DNA of 25,690 nucleotides from Dehalococcoidia bacterium (GTDB lineage Bacteria > Chloroflexota > Dehalococcoidia > Dehalococcoidales > E44-bin46), in the NCBI GenBank assembly GCA_020343755.1, contig CP070810.1, forward strand, positions 766,041 to 791,730, given 5' to 3'. The notes under the pieces were generated by a model. It searched no databases and was not told where the DNA came from. It saw nothing but the letters and a program-made list of their open reading frames with translations. The position numbers and the translations under genes are program-made. Positions 1 through 9,892 of this stretch are shown here, piece after piece. Within the stretch, counting starts at the first letter, position 1. Each line of letters begins with the position of its first letter.

Positions 1-1
1 A

Positions 2-497
2 TCAAAAGGGATAGGTAAAGAAATGCCTCTGGCGCACAACTTAGCCAAACAACTGGCAAGCAACCTACACCGCCGCGCGGTAGTGATATATGGTGGCGGC
101 ATATTGGCTGAGGTAGCTCACCGCTGGAAGACCCAGCTCAATGAAAACAGCAAGGCATGGTCTTTCCATGAGGTCTTCCCCGAACTCAACCACAATGCCG
201 TTGTCGGCTACCAGTTTCCCCCGGAGCTAGCTGATAAGATAGCGGTGGTTCTCCTCCGGTCAGCCCCGCTGCCGAAACGCCTTCAGCTTCGCTACCAGGT
301 GACCAGCCACCTCCTGGAAAGAGCCAAGGTAGGTTACCACTTTGCCGACGCCGAAGGCTCAAGCCCGTTAAGCCAGATGATGAGCCTGGTGCTGTTTGGT
401 GACTATGTCAGCTACTACCTGGCAATCCTGAAATAATATTGACCCCTCCCCGGTAAAAGCCATAGACTATCTGAAAGAGCAGCTGAGAAAGAAATGA
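2..497 (+). CDS. Bifunctional phosphoglucose/phosphomannose isomerase, C-terminal part (5'-truncated by the window; apparent +1 frameshift at ~431-437)
   Basis: The frame is open from position 2 (SKGIGKEMPLAHNLAKQLA...). Family-like motifs: AHRWKTQLNENSK, FPELNHNAVVGY, LVLFGDYVSYYLAIL. The main frame stops at TAA 434-436, but the expected tail IDPSPVKAIDYLKEQLRKK* is in the +1 frame at 438-497. Confidence 0.85.
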
Positions 498-705
498 ATA
501 AACTACCCGCCTCACTGCATCGTCGCCTTAGCCAGAGACTGATTTCCCTTGAAGAGAACCCTCGTCCCCGTGGAAGCAGAAAACTCACTAGCATGGAAGA
601 ATATCGGCTCCGAGTTGGGGCTTATAGAATTCTATATACTATTGATGATACAAATTGGTAGTTACCATTTTTGCTGTTGGTCACCGCTGGGAAGTGTATC
701 GCTGA
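464..705 (+). pseudogene. RelE/ParE (RelE/StbE-like) toxin remnant: 5'-truncated, -1 frameshift at ~652-655, no antitoxin
   Basis: Manual translation: (RLSERAAEKE)MNKLPASLHRRLSQRLISLEENPRPRGSRKLTSMEEYRLRVGAYRILYTIDDTNW* (ATG 494, TAG 659-661). It continues in the -1 frame as LVVTIFAVGHRWEVYR* (655-705). This matches the RelE pattern L.ENPRP.G.KKL...YRLRVGDYRI.Y.IDD...V.I..VGHRREVY. Confidence 0.85.
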
Positions 706-814
706 AGTTGGATTGCTCTACTGAGAACAAACCATGCCTTCATAAAAGTTCAGTTTCCCTGATTTGCCAGCTTCAGAGTGACCTTTTCCCAACCCTTCTC
801 TTGAAAGTCCCTAT

Positions 815-1651
815 TTAGCCTATCTCATAGCCGTATTTTTCTTCTACCAGTCGATCGTGAGTGGGTAATACAATGTCGGCTTCAGCCATTACTTTCTGTA
901 CCCCGGCTTTAGCTGCCCACAGGTTCCAATAATTACCTGTAGAGCGATCACCATATGGGAAAGCGGGTTGTTCGGCATGTTTAGCAATTTCGGGAAAGAA
1001 CTCATTCTTATGGCACTGCAGCCTTTCATCATAAATGACATCGCCACACATGACTGCTAACCCCTTTTTGGTATTGACTTTGATATTCATGCTTCCCCAC
1101 GTGTGCCCTTCGACTGGCTCTAGATCAATGCCGGGAAATAATTCAAGAGCATCATCAATGAGACGGACTCTTCCCGGAACATGAATTTGCTCCACCAAGT
1201 AGGTAATGTATTCCGGAGGATACTGCGCATCCATCAAATCTGCCACAGCGAACATGAGTTCTTTGCGGGGGAAAATGATTTTTGCGTTCGGGAAGAGATA
1301 GTCATTGCCGGCATGGTCAACGTGAAGATGCGTATGCAAGATGACCTTAATATCTTTGAAATCCAGTCCGTATTTACCTAGTTGGTAGGACAGCTTCTGG
1401 TCTGGTCTTTGGCTGCCTGTCATGCCCAATCGCTCCATAATATCCAACTGATCTTCCTTTATCCCGGTGTCCACAATGATTGGGGGAATACTCTCCCCAG
1501 TAATCAGGTAAGCATAGCAGGCAATAACGATTTTTGTCCCTGGACACCATTTGTTAACCCAGAAACTGCCGTCAAGGCCTCCCACGTCGCCAATATCCAG
1601 TACTTTTATTTGGTATGTGGGTTTATTCTTATCGACAGCCATACTTGTCAC
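815..1651 (-). CDS. Metallo-beta-lactamase-fold hydrolase, N-acyl homoserine lactonase (AiiA/AttM)-like family
   Basis: IIVDTG, HTHLHVDHAG (HxHxDH), GHT, GDVIY (bridging Asp with Tyr at +3) and PTHD motifs. AAGGAG RBS upstream. Start is GTG 1651 or ATG 1642. Confidence 0.8.
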   Translation of the reverse strand: MTSMAVDKNKPTYQIKVLDIGDVGGLDGSFWVNKWCPGTKIVIACYAYLITGESIPPIIVDTGIKEDQLDIMERLGMTGSQRPDQKLSYQLGKYGLDFKDIKVILHTHLHVDHAGNDYLFPNAKIIFPRKELMFAVADLMDAQYPPEYITYLVEQIHVPGRVRLIDDALELFPGIDLEPVEGHTWGSMNIKVNTKKGLAVMCGDVIYDERLQCHKNEFFPEIAKHAEQPAFPYGDRSTGNYWNLWAAKAGVQKVMAEADIVLPTHDRLVEEKYGYEIG

Positions 1652-1750
1652 CGCTCCTTTTTTAGGTTATTCCCTCCACCCCGTTTATTTCGCATAGGCA
1701 CCACCTCTCTTTCCTTGCAAACTAGCTTAGTCAGACTTTAAGAAGTTTAA

Positions 1751-1764
1751 CCAACCGTGGTTGG
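1751..1764 (-). terminator. Possible weak intrinsic terminator after rpsI
   Basis: Minus strand reads CCAAC-CACG-GTTGG followed by TTAAACTTCTT, 5 nt after the rpsI stop. The stem is short and the U-tract imperfect. Confidence 0.3.
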
Positions 1765-1769
1765 CGACC

Positions 1770-2165
1770 TTACCGTTTGGTGTATTGAGGGGCTTTGCGG
1801 GCTCGCTTGAGCCCGGCCTTTTTTCGCTCTTTAACTCGAGCGTCCCGGGTGAGCAGTCCGTTCTGCTTTAGTACCGGTTTGAGTCTTTCGTCAGCCTTTA
1901 CCAGGGCTCGAGCAATACCATGAGCGATAGCACCACCCTGCCCCGATATACCACTCCCGACGACCTTAACCACAGCATTATACTTACCTATGCTATCAGT
2001 AACCAAAAGCGGTTGCAGTATTATCCGGCGGTGCTCAAGGCGGGGGAAACGCTCCTCATAGGGCACGTTATTGACAATAATAGAGCCATCCCCCGACAGC
2101 AGCCTTACCCGGGCTACCGCCGTCTTGCGTTTGCCTACTCCGTAATAATAAGTTTGTTTTGCCAT
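1770..2165 (-). CDS. rpsI: 30S ribosomal protein S9
   Basis: YGVGKRKTAVARV, GGAIAHGIARAL and C-terminal KERKKAGLKRARKAPQYTKR. Confidence 0.98.
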   Translation of the reverse strand: MAKQTYYYGVGKRKTAVARVRLLSGDGSIIVNNVPYEERFPRLEHRRIILQPLLVTDSIGKYNAVVKVVGSGISGQGGAIAHGIARALVKADERLKPVLKQNGLLTRDARVKERKKAGLKRARKAPQYTKR

Positions 2166-2171
2166 CTGAAC

Positions 2172-2588
2172 CTACTTCTTTGTCCGAGTCGGGTGAGGAT
2201 GAGCATCACCAACATAGACCCTGAGCTTCTTCATCATTCTAGCACCTAGTCGGGTGTGAGGCAACATCCCCTTAACCGCATGTTCAATCGCCCGAGTTGG
2301 ATTAGTCTGCATTAATTTGTCATAAGTGATGCTCTTAAGCCCTCCAGGATACCCCGAATGTCTATAATAGACTTTCTGCTTAGCCTTATCACCGGTAACC
2401 CGAACCTTCTCAGCATTGATTACAACAACATAATCGCCGACATCCAAATTCCGACTAAATGTTGGCTTGTGCTTGCCCATAAGCAACCGCGCCACCCGGG
2501 TGGCTAGCCTACCTAAAACTTGGTCGGTAGCATCAATAACATGCCATTCTCGCTTAATTTCAGACACCTTAGGGCTATAGGTTTTCAC
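2172..2588 (-). CDS. rplM: 50S ribosomal protein L13
   Basis: [41 protein letters not shown]. Start reassigned to GTG 2588 behind GGAGGAG; overlaps the truA stop by 14 nt. Confidence 0.98.
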   Translation of the reverse strand: MKTYSPKVSEIKREWHVIDATDQVLGRLATRVARLLMGKHKPTFSRNLDVGDYVVVINAEKVRVTGDKAKQKVYYRHSGYPGGLKSITYDKLMQTNPTRAIEHAVKGMLPHTRLGARMMKKLRVYVGDAHPHPTRTKK

Positions 2589-3354
2589 TCTCTCCTCCAA
2601 AGGGGCTGGAATAATTTATCCGCATAAGGCACAGCCCGCAGGCGGGAGCTGCTGGACCGGCTAGTCCAGGCTTTTTGGCCTCAATTATACTATGAAACTG
2701 GTCAACACTCATTTTACCCAAGCCAACTCTAATTAGAGCACCTACAGTATTACGCACCTGATGGGGTAGGAAGGAGTTAGCCGCCATATTAAAAACGGCT
2801 AATTCCCCGCCCTTTTCCATTTTTGCCCGATGCACACTTCGCACCGTTTTCTTTGCCCTGCCCCCAATACAACTAGCAAACGAGGTAAAGTCATGCTCAC
2901 CAATAAGAGCCTGACATGCCAAATTCATAGCTTCAATATCAAGGTGTCCAGTAACCAGATATGAAAAGCCCGTCATGATTGGAGACCGGGTCAAGCTATT
3001 TAATATATAGTAGTTGTATTCACGGCTAATGGCATCACGCCTGACATTAAAAGAATCGCCTACTCTATGGGCTGACTTAACTGCAATATCCCTCGGTAAA
3101 TAGTAGTTCAACCCGTTAATAAAAGCCGGTAAGGGGAGAGACGACTTTGTCCTGAAGCTAACTACCTGTCCTTTAGCATGAACTCCAGCGTCAGTTCGAC
3201 TAGCTGCCATCACCCGAAGTCTTTCCCCGGTAAGCTTCCACAGTGCTTCCTCTGTCTCGCCTTGAATAGTGGTAAAACCATCCTGTAACTGAAAGCCGTG
3301 GTAACGGGTGCCATCATATTCCATAATTAACACAATCTTAGTAGTTGTTGCCAA
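2575..3354 (-). CDS. truA: tRNA pseudouridine(38-40) synthase
   Basis: [10 protein letters not shown], catalytic [33 protein letters not shown]. Start reassigned to TTG 3354 (AAGGAAGG upstream), just after the rplQ stop. Confidence 0.95.
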   Translation of the reverse strand: MATTTKIVLIMEYDGTRYHGFQLQDGFTTIQGETEEALWKLTGERLRVMAASRTDAGVHAKGQVVSFRTKSSLPLPAFINGLNYYLPRDIAVKSAHRVGDSFNVRRDAISREYNYYILNSLTRSPIMTGFSYLVTGHLDIEAMNLACQALIGEHDFTSFASCIGGRAKKTVRSVHRAKMEKGGELAVFNMAANSFLPHQVRNTVGALIRVGLGKMSVDQFHSIIEAKKPGLAGPAAPACGLCLMRINYSSPFGGESENL

Positions 3355-3367
3355 GCCACGACCTTCC

Positions 3368-3721
3368 TTACTCCACCAACTCAAGCCGAACCATAGGTGC
3401 CCCATCACCCAGTCTTGGTCCTAGCTTGGTGATACGGGTATATCCACCAGAGCGCTCGGCATACCTTGGGGCAAGGTCAGCAAATACCTTGTCGGTTACC
3501 TTTTTATCTATAATAAAGGCTAATGCCTGACGACGGGAGTGAAGCCCGCCCTTCTTACCCAAGGTAATCATCTTCTCGGCCAGGCTACGCACCTCCTTGG
3601 CTTTGGCCTCAGTGGTGGTAATTTTTTCGTAGCCCAAAAGGTCAGTAACTAAGTTACGATACATTGCTCTTCTGTGTCCCGAGGCTCTACCTAATTTCCT
3701 ACCAGCTACTTTATGCCTCAC
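3368..3721 (-). CDS. rplQ: 50S ribosomal protein L17
   Basis: [46 protein letters not shown] start. Confidence 0.98.
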   Translation of the reverse strand: MRHKVAGRKLGRASGHRRAMYRNLVTDLLGYEKITTTEAKAKEVRSLAEKMITLGKKGGLHSRRQALAFIIDKKVTDKVFADLAPRYAERSGGYTRITKLGPRLGDGAPMVRLELVE

Positions 3722-4691
3722 CCTCTATCCCCTCCTCATCTGGCGGAGTTGAGTCTTCAACTTTGGGAGTAAGGGACAATCCTAACTCATTGAGCCGCTC
3801 CTCTATTTCCTGTTTAGACTTCAGGCCAAAATTCCGCAGCGAAAGCAACCCTTTCTCACCAGTAGTTATAATTTGCCCCACAGTAGCGATGCCAGCGCGT
3901 CTTAAGCAATTCATGGTACGCACTGAAAGATTCAATTGCTCTACCGGCATATTATACAGTTCCTCAGGGATAGCTAAGCCAACAAGTTCCTCCTCCTCCT
4001 TTATGAGAGAAACCTTGGCATAATTAACAAACGGGGTTAACTGCTCTACCAGAATGGCTGCACTGCGGCTGATGGCATCGACTGGTAATATAGTACCATC
4101 AGTCCACACCTCCAGATATAACTGCTCACGGCTACTCTCTTGACCAACATGAGTTGGCTCAACGGTAAAATTAACCTTACGTATTGGGGTAAAGATAGCA
4201 TCCACGGGAATTGTTCCTACAGGTAGAGTATCAACAGACTCAGCCTGCCTATAGCCTTCGCCCAATTCCACATCAAACTCCGCATAAAGTCTGGCATCAG
4301 GCGAATCTAAGGTAGCTAAATATAGTTCAGGGTTGACAATTTCAAAGTCAGTCGAGGGCTTAATGTCAGCAGCACAAATTTGCCCCTCCCCTTCTACCTC
4401 CAGTGTTAACTTACCTGGTTGACCAGAAAGGGGGATCAACTTCAATTCCTTAACATTAAGTAAGAACTCGGTAACGTCTTCCTTAACATGAGGAATAGTG
4501 GAGAATTCATGTTGAATTCCCTCAATGCTAATCCTAGTTACTGCTGCCCCCGGAAGATAGCTAAGCAGCACCCTCCGTAATGAATTCCCTAAAGTAACGC
4601 CGAAGCCCTTCTCCAGTGGCTGGGCTAAGAATCGCCCAAAGTTATCTTTACTCTCAACACATTCGATATTCGGTATTGCTAGGCGAGACAA
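3711..4691 (-). CDS. rpoA: DNA-directed RNA polymerase subunit alpha
   Basis: [33 protein letters not shown], alpha-[17 protein letters not shown]...LRNFG. TTG start with GAGGAGG RBS. Confidence 0.98.
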   Translation of the reverse strand: MSRLAIPNIECVESKDNFGRFLAQPLEKGFGVTLGNSLRRVLLSYLPGAAVTRISIEGIQHEFSTIPHVKEDVTEFLLNVKELKLIPLSGQPGKLTLEVEGEGQICAADIKPSTDFEIVNPELYLATLDSPDARLYAEFDVELGEGYRQAESVDTLPVGTIPVDAIFTPIRKVNFTVEPTHVGQESSREQLYLEVWTDGTILPVDAISRSAAILVEQLTPFVNYAKVSLIKEEEELVGLAIPEELYNMPVEQLNLSVRTMNCLRRAGIATVGQIITTGEKGLLSLRNFGLKSKQEIEERLNELGLSLTPKVEDSTPPDEEGIEGEA

Positions 4692-4716
4692 AGTGCTACC
4701 TCCTCATCAATTAATA

Positions 4717-5343
4717 TTATCGCGAGTAGTACTCAACTATAGTCTTCCCCTCAAATTTAGCATCAATGTCATCAGGGGTGGGCAGTGATACAACTCGACC
4801 AACTAGGTTCTCTTTATCCAAGCTTAACCAACCCAAAACCAACTTAGCCGGAATATTCTGAACTACCTGCTGATAATATCCAGTTTTAGTACTACTCTCC
4901 TTCCAACTAATGACGTCATCCTCTTTAACCAAGCAGGAGGGTATATTGGTTTTACGCCCATTAAGCAGGATATGCCCATGTTGAACTAGCTGACGAGCTT
5001 GAGGGCGAGAATCAGCGAAGCCTAAACGATAGACCACATTATCAAGTCGTCTCTCCAGCAGCACTAGTAAGTCTTCCCCGGTGATGCCTGACTGCTTCTC
5101 AGCCTGGGCAAAAAGCCGTCTAAACTGCCTCTCCATAACTCCATAGGTATGACGGGCTTTTTGCTTCTCCCGTAGTTGCAAACCACGGTCAGAAAGTCGG
5201 CGCCGCCGACCAAGCTGTCGCCCTGGGGGTTTCCCCCGCCTATCCATGGCACACTTAGCAGTAAGGCACCTACTACCTTTAAGCATTAATTTCTCGCCGC
5301 TACGGCGACACAATCGACAAACCGCTGCTATATATCTTGCCAT
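4717..5343 (-). CDS. rpsD: 30S ribosomal protein S4 (Zn-ribbon form)
   Basis: MARY...CRLCRR...C...C, QLREKQK, LERRLDNVVYRLGFA, IVEYYSR. Start reassigned to ATG 5343. Confidence 0.98.
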   Translation of the reverse strand: MARYIAAVCRLCRRSGEKLMLKGSRCLTAKCAMDRRGKPPGRQLGRRRRLSDRGLQLREKQKARHTYGVMERQFRRLFAQAEKQSGITGEDLLVLLERRLDNVVYRLGFADSRPQARQLVQHGHILLNGRKTNIPSCLVKEDDVISWKESSTKTGYYQQVVQNIPAKLVLGWLSLDKENLVGRVVSLPTPDDIDAKFEGKTIVEYYSR

Positions 5344-5353
5344 TTCTCTGCCC

Positions 5354-5743
5354 TTACACTCGCCTTCTCTTAGGAGAACGACAACCATTATGTGGGATAT
5401 GAGTCACATCTCTAATACTGGTAATATAAAGGCCTGAACTCTGGAGAGAACGAATAGCTGCCTCACGCCCGCTGCCCGGCCCTTTAACATAAACCTCTAT
5501 TTGGCGTAAGCCATGTTCCATCCCTCTACGAGCTGCATCACGAGCTGCCAATTGAGCAGCGTAGGGAGTGCCTTTTCGCGAGCCCTTAAACCCAGCTGTC
5601 CCTGAGCTTCCCCAAGCAATAACGTTACCTTGGGGGTCGGTGAGAGTCACGATGGTATTATTAAAAGTCGACTGGATATAGGCTCTCCCCTCCGGAATGG
5701 ATTTTCGTTCTCGCCTTCTTCTAGTTCGCTTCTTCTGCGGCAT
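5354..5743 (-). CDS. rpsK: 30S ribosomal protein S11
   Basis: [44 protein letters not shown]. Confidence 0.98.
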   Translation of the reverse strand: MPQKKRTRRRRERKSIPEGRAYIQSTFNNTIVTLTDPQGNVIAWGSSGTAGFKGSRKGTPYAAQLAARDAARRGMEHGLRQIEVYVKGPGSGREAAIRSLQSSGLYITSIRDVTHIPHNGCRSPKRRRV

Positions 5744-5777
5744 TCTAATCTCCTATCTGACTATATATAACGGTTTG

Positions 5778-6167
5778 CTACTTCTTAGTCATACCGCGTC
5801 TCTTGCCCCTACCAGCTACCGTTTTGCGAGCCCCACGCCTGGTACGAGCGTTGGTTCGCGTTCGTTGCCCTCTGACCGGCAGACCATGCCGATGCCTGAT
5901 ACCACGGTAGCTACCAATCTCAATGAGACGCTTGATATTTAGGTCAACCTCTTTTCTAAGTTCACCCTCAACCTTATACTCCCGGCCAATAACCTCCCGG
6001 AGACGATTAACCTCGTCTTCAGTAAGGCTATCCGCCTTGGTCTCAGCATTGACACCGATTTGAGCCAGAATCCTCCGGCTCAAGGTAGGGCCAATGCCAT
6101 AGATATACTGTAGCGAAACCCAAATCTGCTTATTTTTAGGTATATCCACTCCAGCTATACGTGGCAT
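5778..6167 (-). CDS. rpsM: 30S ribosomal protein S13
   Basis: [40 protein letters not shown]. Confidence 0.98.
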   Translation of the reverse strand: MPRIAGVDIPKNKQIWVSLQYIYGIGPTLSRRILAQIGVNAETKADSLTEDEVNRLREVIGREYKVEGELRKEVDLNIKRLIEIGSYRGIRHRHGLPVRGQRTRTNARTRRGARKTVAGRGKRRGMTKK

Positions 6168-6190
6168 TATAATCCTCCCTCAACAGACAT

Positions 6191-6304
6191 TTAGCCCTGC
6201 CTCTGCTTATGCCTAGGGTTGCGGCAAATAACCCTGATTACTCCTCGCCGCTTCACCACCCGACACTTTTCACATCTAACCTTAACTGAAGCCCTAACTT
6301 TCAT
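6191..6304 (-). CDS. rpmJ: 50S ribosomal protein L36 (Zn-binding form; missed by the ORF track)
   Basis: Manual translation: [37 protein letters not shown] (37 aa), in the canonical position between infA and rpsM. Confidence 0.98.
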   Translation of the reverse strand: MKVRASVKVRCEKCRVVKRRGVIRVICRNPRHKQRQG

Positions 6305-6316
6305 GATAAGTCCTTA

Positions 6317-6535
6317 TTACTTGAAACGATAGGTAATCCTACCTCGACTCAGGTCATAGGGGGAAAGTTCTACCAATACCTTGTCACCGGGCAAGATTTT
6401 AATATAATGCAATCTTATCTTACCCGAAATGTGAGCCAGCACCTTATGCCCATTAGGTAGCTCAACGCGAAACATAGCATTAGGCAATGGTTCCACTACT
6501 GTCCCCTCAACCTCAATAGCCTCTTTCTTAGGCAT
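6317..6535 (-). CDS. infA: Translation initiation factor IF-1
   Basis: [39 protein letters not shown]. Confidence 0.98.
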   Translation of the reverse strand: MPKKEAIEVEGTVVEPLPNAMFRVELPNGHKVLAHISGKIRLHYIKILPGDKVLVELSPYDLSRGRITYRFK

Positions 6536-6546
6536 AAAATCCCTCT

Positions 6547-7296
6547 CTATAAGATAGTAAGCACCTCTGGTTCAGCCTCAGTGATAACAATGGTGTGTTC
6601 AAAATGGGCGGAAAGACTCCCATCAGCAGTAAATACCGTCCAGCGATTGCTACCAAGCCGGGTACGCCAATCGCCAATATTCACCATAGGTTCAAGGGCA
6701 AGGGTCATGCCCTTTCTCAGTACTGAGCCGATTCTGGGTTGACCAAAATTGGGTATCTGCGGTTCCTCATGCATCTCCCGACCAATACCGTGTCCGGTAT
6801 ATTCACGGACTACCGAATAGCCCTTTGACTCAGCACAATTCTGAATAGCTGCCGAGATATCCCCCAACCTCGCCCCTGAATAGGCAGCAGCGATACCAGC
6901 CTTTAGCGCAGCTTTGGTGGTTTCTAGAAGCTGCCTAGCCTCTGGACTAATCTCACCTACACCTATTGTCACTGCAGCATCACCCTGAAAACCATCAAAA
7001 ATGGCCCCAAAGTCAAGAGATACAATATCTCCCTCGCTTAAAACTCGCTCCCCGGGAATCCCATGCACTATCTCATCATTTACTGAGACACAAAGGTTAC
7101 CTGGAAATCCCCGGTATCCCTTAAACGAAGGCTTAGCCCCCAGCTTTTCTGACTCTCTACTAGCAATAATATCCAACTCCTTGGTTTTCATCCCTGGTCT
7201 TACCTGCTTAGTCAATATCCCCAGTATGGTTGCCACAATTCTACCCGCCTGCCGCATAACAGCAATCTCTCGGTCAGACTTGATAATTATTCCCAT
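6547..7296 (-). CDS. map: Type I methionine aminopeptidase
   Basis: [49 protein letters not shown]. Confidence 0.97.
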   Translation of the reverse strand: MGIIIKSDREIAVMRQAGRIVATILGILTKQVRPGMKTKELDIIASRESEKLGAKPSFKGYRGFPGNLCVSVNDEIVHGIPGERVLSEGDIVSLDFGAIFDGFQGDAAVTIGVGEISPEARQLLETTKAALKAGIAAAYSGARLGDISAAIQNCAESKGYSVVREYTGHGIGREMHEEPQIPNFGQPRIGSVLRKGMTLALEPMVNIGDWRTRLGSNRWTVFTADGSLSAHFEHTIVITEAEPEVLTIL

Positions 7297-7300
7297 CTAG

Positions 7301-7954
7301 CTACACACTCGCTTGTTGAAGGGCAGCGATTATTCTCTCGCCTACCTCAGCTACACTCCCCTTTCCATCCATCTCTAATAGCTTACCAGGCCGGTTATAA
7401 TAACCGATAAGGGGGGCTGTCTGGGCAAAGTAGACCTCCAGCCGCTTTTTAACAACTTCAACAGTATCATCAGGGCGTTGATATAGCTCACCGCCGCACT
7501 TATCACACCTACCCCAAACCTTGGGAGGCGAATCTATGGCGTGATATGGCGTCTGGCAATTACGACAAACCCAGCGTCCACTCAAGCGTTTTATAAGCTC
7601 CTCTTCAGGGACCCTGATATATACCACCTTATCTATAGCCTTAGCCTTCTGGACTAAAGCCTTATCCAATGCCTCAGCCTGCTTCAGATTCCTGGGAAAA
7701 CCGTCAAAAACCACCCCAGGTTCACAATCTGGAGCCGAGATACGCTCCAGAACCACCTGTATCGTTACTTGGTCAGGAACAAGCACCCCCTTTTCCATAT
7801 AAGACTTAACCTGCATTCCTAGCTCGGTTCCCTGCTCTACTGCCTGTCGAAACAGATCGCCAGAAGCAATATGAACCAAATTTAGCTCCTGAGCCACATA
7901 AGCAGCTTGTGTTCCCTTGCCTGACCCGGGAGCACCCAGAAAAATAATATACAC
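7301..7954 (-). CDS. adk: Adenylate kinase (Zn-LID type)
   Basis: P-loop GAPGSGKGTQA, DGFPR, LID CRNC...CDKC, QRPDD. GTG start. Confidence 0.98.
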   Translation of the reverse strand: MYIIFLGAPGSGKGTQAAYVAQELNLVHIASGDLFRQAVEQGTELGMQVKSYMEKGVLVPDQVTIQVVLERISAPDCEPGVVFDGFPRNLKQAEALDKALVQKAKAIDKVVYIRVPEEELIKRLSGRWVCRNCQTPYHAIDSPPKVWGRCDKCGGELYQRPDDTVEVVKKRLEVYFAQTAPLIGYYNRPGKLLEMDGKGSVAEVGERIIAALQQASV

Positions 7955-7962
7955 TCTTTCTC

Positions 7963-9264
7963 CTACTTGATAAAGCCTTCATAGCGTCGCATTACCAGTT
8001 GCGCTTCTATCTGCTTCATAGTATCCAAGATAACGCCAACCATAATAAGTAAGCCCATGCTTGATAGCTGTATCACCTGAATATTGGTAACCTCCCGAGC
8101 CAGGAAGGGCACTATTGCCACTACCGCCAGGAAAAGGGCACCCCCCCAGGTAATACGCCTAATGACCTGGTTAAGATAATCAGCGGTATGTTTTCCTGGT
8201 CGAATCCCGGGGATAAATCCTCCCTGCCGCTGTAAGACGCCAGGTAAATCCTGCTGCTGAAAGATTACCGTAGTATAAAAGAAGGTGAAGGCAACCACCA
8301 GCACAAAATAAATCCCCCAGTAAAACATTGAATTGGGATTAAACAGGTTCTGAATAGTGTTAGCAAAATTAGGGTCAGCCCCAGCTGGAGCCGCAAAGTA
8401 GCTAGCTATCATACCGGGGAAGATTACCAGTGACATACCAAAGATAAGAGGTATCATTCCGGCTGTGTTTACCCGCAGTGGGATATGGGTTGAGCCTGCC
8501 TGCCGATACATACGACCACCGCGAAAGACACTACGAGCATATTGAACCGGGATACGACGATGTGCCTCGGTAAAGACGACTATTACCGCCATAGTGGCTA
8601 TGGCTATGAAAGCATAAACTGCTAAACCAAGTCTGTTTCCGGCAGCTAAAAAGCCCTGACCTATCATGGTAGGTAGGGCAGCCACGATGCCACCAAAGAT
8701 TATTATAGATATACCATTACCAATACCATATTCAGTAATAAGCTCACCCAGCCAGACTAAGAACATAGTACCAGCTATCATGGCTAAAATCGTAGCCGCC
8801 ATCGGCAGACCAGGAGCACTAAAGACAGCACCTTCGCGCTGGAGCAAGATTAACTGCCCGTAAGCAGCAACACCGGCCATGGGCACAGTTAACCAGTGGG
8901 TATACTGATTAATCTTATTCCTGCCAGCCTCTCCCTCCTGGGAAAGGGCTTGCAGTCGAGGGATGATGGGCACCATTAACTGCATAACAATTGAAGCCGT
9001 TATATAGGGATAAACCCCCATCGCCACCACACTGAAATACCTCATGGCACCGCCACTAAACAGGTCTAGCATGCCCAGTAATGCATTGCGCTGAAATAGC
9101 TCCTGCAATGCTGCTGGATCCACTCCGGGAAGAGGCACATGAGCTATAAAACGGAATATCACCAGCATGCCTACGGTAAAGAGAATCCGGCGCCTTAAAT
9201 CGGGTATACGGATGGCGTCAAACATTGCCTGGAGTAATCGTGGTCTAGCCTGTCTTTGCCTCAC
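7963..9264 (-). CDS. secY: Preprotein translocase subunit SecY
   Basis: Multiple hydrophobic segments, MGVYPYITASIVMQL, WLGELITEYGIGNG, GGFIPGIRPG, YEGF. Confidence 0.98.
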   Translation of the reverse strand: MRQRQARPRLLQAMFDAIRIPDLRRRILFTVGMLVIFRFIAHVPLPGVDPAALQELFQRNALLGMLDLFSGGAMRYFSVVAMGVYPYITASIVMQLMVPIIPRLQALSQEGEAGRNKINQYTHWLTVPMAGVAAYGQLILLQREGAVFSAPGLPMAATILAMIAGTMFLVWLGELITEYGIGNGISIIIFGGIVAALPTMIGQGFLAAGNRLGLAVYAFIAIATMAVIVVFTEAHRRIPVQYARSVFRGGRMYRQAGSTHIPLRVNTAGMIPLIFGMSLVIFPGMIASYFAAPAGADPNFANTIQNLFNPNSMFYWGIYFVLVVAFTFFYTTVIFQQQDLPGVLQRQGGFIPGIRPGKHTADYLNQVIRRITWGGALFLAVVAIVPFLAREVTNIQVIQLSSMGLLIMVGVILDTMKQIEAQLVMRRYEGFIK

Positions 9265-9710
9265 TACTCAACTTCCTCCACCGTGCCCCCTGCTGCCTCA
9301 ATCTTAGCTTTAGCCGCAGCAGAGAACTTGTTTGCCTTTACCAAAAGAGGATAATTAATCTCACCATCGCCTAGAATCTTGATTGGGTGCCTTAGAGATT
9401 TTACCACTCCGGCGGCTACCAATCTTTCCGGGGTTACCTCACTTCCAGCCTCAAACATATTAAGTTTACCTATATTAACCACACTATACTCAGTTCTAAA
9501 AATATTGACAAAGCCACGCTTCCGGGGCAAGCGTTTGATTAAAGGTAGCTGCCCACCTTCAAATCCACGGCCCATCTTACCGCCAGAACGAGACTTCTGG
9601 CCTTTACAACCTCGCCCTGAATAGGTGCCATGTCCGCTACCATCCCCCCGACCCACCCGCTTTCGGCTTTTCTTAGAGCCTAGGGCTGGGGAGAGTTCAT
9701 CCTGCCTCAC
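9264..9710 (-). CDS. rplO: 50S ribosomal protein L15
   Basis: [46 protein letters not shown]. Confidence 0.98.
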   Translation of the reverse strand: MRQDELSPALGSKKSRKRVGRGDGSGHGTYSGRGCKGQKSRSGGKMGRGFEGGQLPLIKRLPRKRGFVNIFRTEYSVVNIGKLNMFEAGSEVTPERLVAAGVVKSLRHPIKILGDGEINYPLLVKANKFSAAAKAKIEAAGGTVEEVE

Positions 9711-9892
9711 GAGCTTTCCTCCTCTACCTTAACTAGATGCTTCACCTTATTAATCATACCTCGAATTGAACTACAGTCATTATGGGTAACGCTCTGATTT
9801 AGTCGATGAAAACCGAGAGCCTTTAACGTCCTCCTTTGAACCTCATTATAGCCAATACCACTCTTAACCCAAGTGATGTGTAGCTTAGCCAC
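9707..9892 (-). CDS. rpmD: 50S ribosomal protein L30
   Basis: [31 protein letters not shown]; canonical position. Confidence 0.96.
   Translation of the reverse strand: MAKLHITWVKSGIGYNEVQRRTLKALGFHRLNQSVTHNDCSSIRGMINKVKHLVKVEEESS

Noticed and set aside
549-818. 89-aa plus-strand ORF in the track
   Set aside because: Out-of-frame shadow of the RelE remnant plus intergenic sequence. No RBS or family motif.
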